A DNA stretch of 10,608 nucleotides from Candidatus Iainarchaeum sp. (lineage in GTDB: Archaea > Iainarchaeota > Iainarchaeia > Iainarchaeales > CSSED10-239): positions 1 through 10,608 of the forward strand of contig CALBUD010000038.1 in the NCBI GenBank assembly GCA_937968065.1, read 5' to 3'. The notes under the pieces were generated by a model, which was not told the DNA's origin, did not search any database, and worked only from the letters and a program-made list of their open reading frames with translations. Of the stretch, positions 1 through 6,234 are shown piece after piece; position 1 is the stretch's first letter, and each line of letters starts with the position of its first letter. The translations under genes and the position numbers were made by a program.

Positions 1-1271
1 ATTATAGAAGAAAGTAATATTCTATAAAAAGGCTTAAAAAAAGTAAAACCTACTTTTGTTTTTATTTTTCTATAATTAAAAATAAAAACTATTATTTCTG
101 AAATTACAGTAGTTATAGCAGCCCCAATAATTCCAAAAAAAGGAATAAATATTAAATTTAAAACTACGTTTATTCCTGTTGCAACACCTCTTATCTTTAA
201 CATATATTTTTCAAAATTGTGAGAATAAAGATATTGTGTAAAAATATTATTAACTGAAAGAACTAAAAAGAAAAATAAAAGAATTGCAAAAGAAATTGAA
301 CCTAAAACATATTCAGAACCAAAAAGCAAAAGAATAATGTCTTTTGAAAGAAAAATTCCACCAAAAAATATTGGAAATCCTATAATTAAAGAAATCTTTA
401 AAAATTTATTAAAAATAGGAAGGGATTCTTTTTTAAAAGAATATTTAGATAAAAGATTAAATAAAATAATTCCAAAAACAGAAATTATAGTTATTAAAAA
501 ACCAACAAAAGTAACACCTACAGCATAAAGACCTAATTGATAATCATCTTTTATTAAAGATATAAAAAGTTTATCAAAATTAAAAAAAATTGTTGAAAAA
601 ATTGCAGCTAAAGCAAAGGGCCAAGAATATTTTAACTTTTCTATAAAAAAAGAATTATTTAGTTTTAAATCTAATTTTACATATTTTCTTATAACAATTA
701 TTAAAAAGATAAAAACAATAAAATATGCAATTATTTGAGATAAAAAGATACCTAAAAGACCTTGATTAAAATAAATAACTAAAAGAGCAAAAACTGTGTA
801 AAATAACTTAGATAAAAACTCTTGATATGCTTGATACTTAAATAATTGAAGAGATGCTAAGGTTTTTGAGATGGTATTTGCTCCAAAATGAAAAAGAATA
901 AAAAACAATCCTAAAAAGATCATTTGCTTAACAACCAAAGGTTTATCTAAGAAGAAAGAAATAACTATCATTAAAAGACTTACAATAAATAATAAAAGAA
1001 GCTTTGGCAAAAAAAGATTATTAAAATATTTATTCCTTAAAGAAGGATTCTTTGAAACATCTCTAAAGATAAGAGTGTTTATTCCTAAATCCCCAAAAAT
1101 CACAAAAATACCAATAAATGATAAAACAAAATTAAGTTGACCATAACCTACAACTCCAAGATATCTTGGAATTAAAGTTATTGTTATAATTGATAAAAGA
1201 TAAATTAAAACTTTAGAAATAGATAAATATCCTAAATTTTTAATAGTTCTTTTTTTTTCAACTGGATCCAT
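1..1271 (-). CDS. Wzx/RfbX/AglR-like oligosaccharide flippase (MOP-superfamily polysaccharide-biosynthesis membrane protein); 3' end truncated by the window edge
   Basis: Absent from the supplied ORF track because it has no in-window stop. My manual translation of the minus strand from ATG 1271..1269 stays open for about 423 codons to the edge: MDPVEKKRTIKNLGYLSISKVLIYLLSIITITLIPRYLGVVGYGQLNFVLSFIGIFVIFGDLGINTLIFRDVSKNPSLRNKYF...IPFFGIIGAAITTVISEIIVFIFNYRKIK... It has many consecutive hydrophobic helices. The N-terminal ...PRYLG..GYG... and C-terminal GIIGAAITTVISE motifs are typical of Polysacc_synt / Polysacc_synt_C flippases. The + ORF 337..528 lies antisense inside it. Confidence 0.75.
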   Translation of the reverse strand, partial: MDPVEKKRTIKNLGYLSISKVLIYLLSIITITLIPRYLGVVGYGQLNFVLSFIGIFVIFGDLGINTLIFRDVSKNPSLRNKYFNNLFLPKLLLLFIVSLLMIVISFFLDKPLVVKQMIFLGLFFILFHFGANTISKTLASLQLFKYQAYQEFLSKLFYTVFALLVIYFNQGLLGIFLSQIIAYFIVFIFLIIVIRKYVKLDLKLNNSFFIEKLKYSWPFALAAIFSTIFFNFDKLFISLIKDDYQLGLYAVGVTFVGFLITIISVFGIILFNLLSKYSFKKESLPIFNKFLKISLIIGFPIFFGGIFLSKDIILLLFGSEYVLGSISFAILLFFFLVLSVNNIFTQYLYSHNFEKYMLKIRGVATGINVVLNLIFIPFFGIIGAAITTVISEIIVFIFNYRKIKTKVGFTFFKPFYRILLSSI

Positions 1272-1332
1272 ATATGTATATATTATATATGTGAAAACTA
1301 TATAAAATATATAGAAAAAAGAAAATTATAGG

Positions 1333-1363
1333 AAAAAAAGAAAAATATAAAAAATGGAAAAAA
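1333..1363 (-). terminator. Oligo-T tracts (archaeal-type intrinsic terminator) downstream of the RPA gene
   Basis: On the minus strand, T6 (1363..1358), T6 (1354..1349), T5 and T7 (1339..1333) runs begin 8 nt after the RPA stop codon (1373..1371). Oligo-T runs are the known archaeal termination signal. Background AT-richness lowers specificity. Confidence 0.45.
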
Positions 1364-1370
1364 GTTATTT

Positions 1371-2696
1371 TTAAAGAACCTCTAAACTATCAGCTAAAAA
1401 CTCTATTCTTGAAGAAAAATTATTTAGTTTTGCTCTTCCTGAAAGTTTAACCTTTTTTCCTAAGTATTTATCTTCAAGTCTATCAAAAATAGTTAACTTT
1501 TCTTCATCAGTTAACTCTTTTTTAAGTTCTTCTTTATTTAAAGAAAATAACTTTTCTGCAATATCTGAAAAGAAAACAACTTTTAAAATACCTGTTCCAT
1601 CATCAATATCAATTGATCCAAAAAGATTAACTGTAACATCAACAACTTTTGAACAGTTTTCACAAATAAAATCATTATTTATTATTTGTACCTTTTCATT
1701 ACATTCTTTACATTTAAAAAAACGAAGATTGTTTCTATTTATAGAAACAATTAAACCTTCAAGAGAATAATTTCTTCCATCTTCTAAAGATTCAACCTTT
1801 CCATCTTCTAAAGATTTAGTAAGTGCTAGAATATCTGAAAGAGTTGGTATTTTTTTAGAAGTTTTTGGATTTTTTTTAATAGTTGAAAACCAATTAAGAT
1901 TTAGTTCAAGATCATATAAACCTTCTTTAACTCTAACATCTGATGCTTTAATTAAATCTCCTTTTGAAAAATTTTCTAAGATATAGTCTGGAAATGGTTC
2001 CCAAGCAACCATTTTCAAAGATTTTATACCATCTGATACTTCAAAGTTTAAAACACTTTTTTCTTTATCTTCTTTATCTTTAAAAATATTTTTATTATAA
2101 ATAACAGTTATTCTTCCAATAACATCTATTAAATCTTCAGTTTGAGAGATGTTTGAAATATCTACAAGATTTTCTTTTCTTGGAGGAATTAAAGGAAAAT
2201 CTTCAGGATCTTTTAAAACACTTCCTCCTTGTCTTAAAGAAAGTTCTTTTCTTTCATTATAAGTTGTAACATAAGCATCTTTTATTAAAAGTTTTGAATT
2301 TTTATCTAAATCTTTTATTAAATCTGTTTGTTCATTCCAAAGATTTAGTTTAATCTCTCCAGTTTCATCAAAAACAAAAATACCTTGTACCTTTCCTTTA
2401 GTCCCATCTTTTTGAGTGTAATTTCTCTCAAGAGGTATGTTTTTTATTCTTACATATAAAGAAGCAGTATCTGATATATTTTCTAAATCTTTTATTTTAA
2501 CTATTGAAGAAGTTGATTTTTTAATATCAAGATTAACTCCAAGTTGTTTTGCAAGCATTATGTTTGCTCCAACTTCTGATAATAGACCTTGATATTTTTC
2601 TTTTATTTTTTCTAAAGTTTCTAAAAGTTCTTCTTCTTTTTTTCCAGTTTCTTCTTTTATTCTTTGAAAGATTTCTAAAGAGTTGTTAATTTCCAT
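1371..2696 (-). CDS. rpa: Replication factor A / RPA41-type single-stranded DNA-binding protein (multiple OB folds plus zinc ribbon)
   Basis: 441-aa ORF. The N-terminal helical segment ...EELLETLEKIKEKYQGLLSEVGANIMLAKQLGVNL resembles the N-terminus of Pyrococcus-type RPA41 as I recall it (...LSEQGAAALLAERLGI...). Three OB-fold-sized beta-rich blocks follow. A C-x2-C-x12-C-x2-C zinc ribbon (CKECNEKVQIINNDFICENC, nt 1653..1712) sits in the last block, as in archaeal RFA and eukaryotic RPA70 DBD-C. GGTG Shine-Dalgarno at 2708..2705, 8 nt upstream of the ATG. Confidence 0.85.
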   Translation of the reverse strand: MEINNSLEIFQRIKEETGKKEEELLETLEKIKEKYQGLLSEVGANIMLAKQLGVNLDIKKSTSSIVKIKDLENISDTASLYVRIKNIPLERNYTQKDGTKGKVQGIFVFDETGEIKLNLWNEQTDLIKDLDKNSKLLIKDAYVTTYNERKELSLRQGGSVLKDPEDFPLIPPRKENLVDISNISQTEDLIDVIGRITVIYNKNIFKDKEDKEKSVLNFEVSDGIKSLKMVAWEPFPDYILENFSKGDLIKASDVRVKEGLYDLELNLNWFSTIKKNPKTSKKIPTLSDILALTKSLEDGKVESLEDGRNYSLEGLIVSINRNNLRFFKCKECNEKVQIINNDFICENCSKVVDVTVNLFGSIDIDDGTGILKVVFFSDIAEKLFSLNKEELKKELTDEEKLTIFDRLEDKYLGKKVKLSGRAKLNNFSSRIEFLADSLEVL

Positions 2697-2802
2697 AAAT
2701 ATTACACCTTGTTTTTTTAAATATAAATATAATTAATGATAGAAAATATTAATAAATGGTTCCTTTGTTTCTGGCCAAAGAAACTAAATTATTAAAGATT
2801 TA

Positions 2803-2861
2803 AAAAGCTTACGAAAAAACGTAAGAAAAATATCTAAAAGCTTACGAAAAAACGTAAGAAA
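2803..2861. repeat. Two identical 26-bp direct repeats (2803..2828, 2836..2861), each containing a perfect palindrome CTTACG-A6-CGTAAG; candidate operator pair
   Basis: Read directly: aaaagCTTACGaaaaaaCGTAAGaaa occurs twice with a 33-bp period. Inverted-repeat arms are at 2808..2813/2820..2825 and 2841..2846/2853..2858. The repeats lie in the divergent intergenic region between the rpa ATG (2696, minus) and the ATPase ATG (2948, plus). Confidence 0.8.
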
Positions 2862-2947
2862 TTAAAAAAAGTCTTTTAAAAAAAACAAACTATTTAAAAG
2901 CTATTTATCTTATATATAATATAATTAAATAAAAATAGAGAAAAAAC

Positions 2948-5260
2948 ATGAAAATAGGAAACTTCACAGTTGGAGATTATGCTGTAACAACTGAAGGAAA
3001 TAAAAAAAAACTAGTTTTTGATTGTAGAAACTGCCCTTATAACACCTCTATTGCAGAAGACCCTAGATGTAGATTCCATGTTATGAAGATACTTGAGTCA
3101 GTTGATGCAGATGAAATAATCTTAGCTGAAGTTTATGAAAGAAACTATAATGAAGAACAAACTAAATATTTAAAAGAAATGGTAAATCTACTTTTAGAAT
3201 TTGAAAATAGAGCAGTCTGGGTTTCAGAACATCTTGATGTTAAAGATATAGATTGTGATGAATGTTATCCTGAAAGACATAACAACATTATAAAATTTGC
3301 AAGAGAACTTCTTGCATATGATCCTATAGCATCATACATCTCTCTTTTAAAAGAAATAGAAAATACAAAAAACAGAGGACAAGAAAGAAGTGGAGAGCCT
3401 TGTCAAGTTTGTTTTACACAAAACACAAAACATCTATTAAAATTAAAAGAAATGTATGATAAAACAGAATTTATAAAAAAAATAAAACCACTACTTCAAA
3501 AAATAAAAGATTTATCAGAAGTTACAAATGTTTATAGAACTTTATTTGATGTTGAGATTAAACCTTCTTTTATAGGTTCAAAAATAACTTTTAAAGACAT
3601 GGATGCTTTAGAACTACTTGATGAATATCAAGTATTAAACACCTCTGTTCAGATTTTTAGACATCCAGAAAAAGTTGAAAATATTTATTTAATAAATCCA
3701 CCAGAATATACTCTTTCTCCAGATCATTATTTTGTTTTAACAAAAACAAAAGATACTGTTGCAAATTATAAGCCAGGAAAAGTAACTTTAACAACAGGAG
3801 AGAGTACAAGAAAATATTTCCAAAGAATATATAGAAGCACAATTATAGATGTTGCAAAAAAATATAACATAGAACTCTCACCTGATGACATCTATTCACT
3901 TGCAGAAATAGTTACAAGATATACCATAGGATATGGAGTTTTAGAATTATTACTTTCAGATAAACAAATAACAGATGTTTATCTTGATTCTCCTTTAGGA
4001 TCAAAACCAATCTACATAGTCCACTCAAAATATGGACAATGTCAAACAAACGTACATTATCCAGAAAGAGATGCTGAAAGCTTTGTTGGAAAAATAAGAG
4101 CAATGTCTGGAAGACCTTTTGATGATGCACACCCTGTTCTTGATTTTGATATGCCAGATTTAAACACAAGAATTGCGGTTATTGGAAGACCTCTTGCAAC
4201 AGATGGTACAGCTTTTGCTTTTAGACTTCATAAAGATACACCATGGACCTTACCACAACTAATAAATGTAAAATCATTAAATCCTTTAGCAGCTGGAATG
4301 TTAAGTTTTTTTATAGATAATAACTCTACACTTTTAGTTGCAGGCTCTCGTGGTGCAGGAAAGACATCTTTAATGACTGCTTTAATGCTTGAAATTCTAC
4401 AAAATGCAAGAATTATAGTGCAAGAAGACACTTTAGAGCTACCTGTGATGTATATGAAAGATATAGGGTTTAATGCCCAACGATTAAAGACAAGATCTGC
4501 TATTGGAGGAACAGGTGAGCTTGCAACAACAGAGATGAAACCAGAAGATGCTTTAAGAACTGCTTTAAGACTTGGAGATTCTGCTTTAGTTATTGGTGAA
4601 GTAAGATCTGTTGAAGCTAAAGTTTTATATGAAGCAATGAGAATTGGTGCTGCTGGAAATGTTGTTATGGGAACAATCCACGCTGATTCAGCTTATGCTG
4701 TGTGGGATAGAGTTGTAAATGACTTAGATGTTCCAACAACTTCTTTTAAAGCAACAGATATTATTGTGGTTACAAAACCAATAAGATTTAAAGGTTCTTT
4801 AAAAAGTTATAGAAGAGTTGTACAAATAACAGAAGTTAGAAAACATTGGAATAGTGATCCTGATGCTGAAGGAGGTATTCTTAACTTAATGGAATATGAT
4901 GCTTCAAAAGATACTCTTGTTTTAAACGAAGATGCTTTAAAAGATTCTGAATTGTTTTCAAAAATATCAAAACTTACAGGAATGACAATTGAAGAGATTT
5001 GGGATAATATTAATCTTAGAGCTAAAGAAAAAAAACATCAAGTTGATTTTGCAAACAAAAATGAAGTTATAGAGCTTTTAGAAGCTGAAAATACAGTTTA
5101 TACTCATAACAAACTACTTTTAGAAAAAGAAGCATATCTTGAAGAACATGGAAAAACTGATTATGAAAAAGTCTTTGAGATTTGGAAAAAATGGTATGAT
5201 GAAGTTTTTGCTCCAAGAATTATTAAAAGAATAAAAGAGAATAGAGTTGTTGAAGAATAA
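2948..5260 (+). CDS. Type II/IV secretion-family ATPase (archaeal PilB / FlaI(ArlI)-like type IV pilus or archaellum assembly ATPase) with long Cys-rich N-terminal and helical C-terminal extensions
   Basis: 770-aa ORF with the canonical T2SSE/VirB11/FlaI motif order: ITDVYLDS...IYIVHSKYG...TNV, Walker A AGSRGAGKTS (nt 4343..4369), Asp box IIVQEDTLEL, Walker B ALVIGEVRSVEA, His box MGTIHADSA, then ...YRRVVQITEV. N-terminal residues ~1-330 carry C26-x2-C29-x11-C41-x2-H44, C103-x2-C106 and C152-x2-C155. Confidence 0.9.
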   Translation: MKIGNFTVGDYAVTTEGNKKKLVFDCRNCPYNTSIAEDPRCRFHVMKILESVDADEIILAEVYERNYNEEQTKYLKEMVNLLLEFENRAVWVSEHLDVKDIDCDECYPERHNNIIKFARELLAYDPIASYISLLKEIENTKNRGQERSGEPCQVCFTQNTKHLLKLKEMYDKTEFIKKIKPLLQKIKDLSEVTNVYRTLFDVEIKPSFIGSKITFKDMDALELLDEYQVLNTSVQIFRHPEKVENIYLINPPEYTLSPDHYFVLTKTKDTVANYKPGKVTLTTGESTRKYFQRIYRSTIIDVAKKYNIELSPDDIYSLAEIVTRYTIGYGVLELLLSDKQITDVYLDSPLGSKPIYIVHSKYGQCQTNVHYPERDAESFVGKIRAMSGRPFDDAHPVLDFDMPDLNTRIAVIGRPLATDGTAFAFRLHKDTPWTLPQLINVKSLNPLAAGMLSFFIDNNSTLLVAGSRGAGKTSLMTALMLEILQNARIIVQEDTLELPVMYMKDIGFNAQRLKTRSAIGGTGELATTEMKPEDALRTALRLGDSALVIGEVRSVEAKVLYEAMRIGAAGNVVMGTIHADSAYAVWDRVVNDLDVPTTSFKATDIIVVTKPIRFKGSLKSYRRVVQITEVRKHWNSDPDAEGGILNLMEYDASKDTLVLNEDALKDSELFSKISKLTGMTIEEIWDNINLRAKEKKHQVDFANKNEVIELLEAENTVYTHNKLLLEKEAYLEEHGKTDYEKVFEIWKKWYDEVFAPRIIKRIKENRVVEE

Positions 5261-5264
5261 ATTC

Positions 5265-5271
5265 TTTTTTT
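5265..5271 (+). terminator. T7 tract 5 nt after the ATPase stop codon (possible archaeal oligo-T terminator)
   Basis: taa-attc-TTTTTTT-aaaaaag immediately follows stop 5258..5260. The T7/A6 also forms a trivial inverted repeat. This is a weak call in an AT-rich background. Confidence 0.35.
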
Positions 5272-5312
5272 AAAAAAGTATAGGAATAAAAAACGTAAGA
5301 CAAACGAATACA

Positions 5313-5320
5313 TTTATAAA
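5313..5320 (+). promoter_or_regulatory. Candidate archaeal TATA box (TTTATAAA) for a leaderless or near-leaderless PIN/antitoxin operon
   Basis: The TTTATAAA centre is about 25-26 nt upstream of ATG 5342. No Shine-Dalgarno precedes that ATG. This geometry matches the archaeal TATA position (about -26) for a leaderless mRNA. TATA-like words are common in this sequence, so confidence is low. Confidence 0.3.
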
Positions 5321-5341
5321 ATAATTGCACCATAAATAATT

Positions 5342-5857
5342 ATGTCAACTATAATAAAAAAACAAAAATTAGTCATCGATACATGTTTTTGGATAAACAT
5401 TGTAAATTTAAAATTACATCTATTTTTAATAGAGTATTTTGAAATATATGTTACATTTAAAGTTGAAAAAGAAATATTAAACGAAAATCAATCTAAAATA
5501 TATGATACTTATGATATGGAAGTTTATAAAGAATTAAAAAAAATAATTAAAATAAAAGAACCTAAAGAAAATAATTTAAAAAATATTGAAAACTTACAAA
5601 AAGATTCTGGAGAACTATATAGTATATTTCTTACAATAGAAGAAAAAGGAATTATTGGAACTGATGATAACGAAGTTATAGAGTACTGTAATAAAAACAA
5701 TGTAAAATACATTAACTCTGTTTACTTTGTAATTTTTTTATATAAACAAAAAAAAATAACATTAAATCACACGAATAATTATTTAGATCTTTTAACAAAT
5801 AAAATAAAACAAAAATATATAGATGTTGGAAAAGAATATTTAAAAAAGGAAGAGTGA
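5342..5857 (+). CDS. PIN-domain nuclease-like protein (DUF3368 / COG2405-like toxin component)
   Basis: 171-aa ORF. It has KLVIDTCFWINIV (N-terminal PIN aspartate), ...VTFKVEKEIL..., ...DSGELYSIFLTIEEKGIIGTDDNEVIEYCNKNNVKYINSVYFVIFLYKQKKI... The D / E / GE / (T)DD acidic pattern and the C-terminal helical extension look like the DUF3368 subfamily of PIN proteins. The TGA stop overlaps or abuts the next gene. Confidence 0.7.
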   Translation: MSTIIKKQKLVIDTCFWINIVNLKLHLFLIEYFEIYVTFKVEKEILNENQSKIYDTYDMEVYKELKKIIKIKEPKENNLKNIENLQKDSGELYSIFLTIEEKGIIGTDDNEVIEYCNKNNVKYINSVYFVIFLYKQKKITLNHTNNYLDLLTNKIKQKYIDVGKEYLKKEE

Positions 5858-5862
5858 AATTT

Positions 5863-6198
5863 ATGAAAAATAAATTAAAAAAAACAAAAACCATAAGATT
5901 ATCTGATGTAACTATAAAAAATATAAATTATATGGTTAAAGAAACAAAAATAAGTGAATCTGAGTTATTAAGAAGCATTATTGATAAAGCAATTTTAGAA
6001 TATAGATTAAATAAATCAATTGAACTTCTTGAAAAAACAGATATAACTTTATCAGAAGGTGCAAAAATTGCAGGGCTTAACTATAGAGAGTTTTATGAAA
6101 AAGTTATAGAAAGTAAAGTATTATCAAAAAAAGAAATTAATAAAAGAAAAATAAATCTTATAGAAATAGAAAAAGCCTTAAAGAAAATAACTATTTAG
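5863..6198 (+). CDS. Putative antitoxin/regulator: N-terminal ribbon-helix-helix (CopG-like) segment fused to a UPF0175-like helix-turn-helix
   Basis: The track calls GTG 5854, a 4-nt GTGA overlap with the PIN stop. I prefer ATG 5863, which is preceded by aGGAaGaGTGA with about 5 nt spacing; either start is possible. KTIRLSDVTIKNINYMVKETKISESELLRSIIDKAI has the beta-strand/helix/helix pattern of RHH proteins. ...LEKTDITLSEGAKIAGLNYREFYEKVIESKV matches the UPF0175 (COG2886) signature, the usual partner of DUF3368 PIN proteins. Confidence 0.65.
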   Translation: MKNKLKKTKTIRLSDVTIKNINYMVKETKISESELLRSIIDKAILEYRLNKSIELLEKTDITLSEGAKIAGLNYREFYEKVIESKVLSKKEINKRKINLIEIEKALKKITI

Positions 6199-6200
6199 AT

Positions 6201-6234
6201 AAAAGAAACTTTTTTTAAAGAAATAGTTTCTTTT
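6201..6234. terminator. Hairpin plus T-tract between convergent genes (likely bidirectional terminator)
   Basis: Perfect 10-bp inverted repeat aaaagaaact (6201..6210) / agtttctttt (6225..6234) with a 14-nt loop. T7 on the + strand (6210..6216) lies 12 nt after stop 6196..6198. The right arm overlaps the stop codon of the minus-strand gene (6233..6235). Confidence 0.45.

Noticed and set aside
337-528. 63-aa + strand ORF from the track
   Set aside because: It lies antisense inside the much longer, membrane-protein-like minus-strand flippase ORF (1..1271). It is low-complexity and Lys/Ile-rich, as expected from AT-rich antisense DNA. It has no SD.
1298-1314. Perfect palindrome CTATATA-AAA-TATATAG upstream of the flippase ATG
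   Set aside because: It is composed almost entirely of TA repeats in a TATA-rich promoter region, so such symmetry is expected by chance. On the minus strand it probably just contains the flippase TATA box (TTTTATATA, centre about 32 nt upstream of ATG 1271). I cannot support that call firmly.
2803-2861. Possible CRISPR array or transcription terminator
   Set aside because: There are only two repeat units with a 7-bp gap, and no spacers or cas genes, so this is not a CRISPR array. No gene ends in this region because both neighbours start here, and the 6-bp AT-flanked stems with an A6 loop are weak. A terminator is therefore unlikely, and I kept it as a candidate operator instead.
2697-2947. 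Replication origin (ORB-like repeats next to rpa)
   Set aside because: No orc1/cdc6 gene is adjacent, the repeats do not match ORB or mini-ORB consensus as I remember it, and there are only two copies. It is mentioned only as an alternative in the operator finding.
3002-3010. A9 homopolymer near the 5' end of the ATPase gene as a phase-variation tract (a similar T9 lies at 6782..6790 in the 189-aa gene)
   Set aside because: These tracts simply encode Lys-Lys-Lys in a genome whose proteins are lysine-rich and whose DNA is AT-rich. Many comparable runs occur throughout, so there is no specific evidence for slippage-based switching.
3657-4431. Three minus-strand ORFs (3657..3842, 3912..4169, 4228..4431) inside the ATPase gene
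   Set aside because: They lie antisense to a CDS with unambiguous Walker A/B and His-box motifs. Their translations are Leu/Phe-rich low-complexity strings typical of shadow ORFs.
5524-5894. Minus-strand ORFs 5524..5712 and 5712..5894 overlapping the PIN and antitoxin genes
   Set aside because: These are shadow ORFs with Phe/Leu/Ile-rich translations and no motifs. The sense-strand genes have recognisable domain signatures.
5261-6232. Toxin-antitoxin module as part of an integrated mobile element
   Set aside because: I saw no transposase, integrase, terminal inverted repeats or flanking direct repeats, and only ordinary terminators on both sides.
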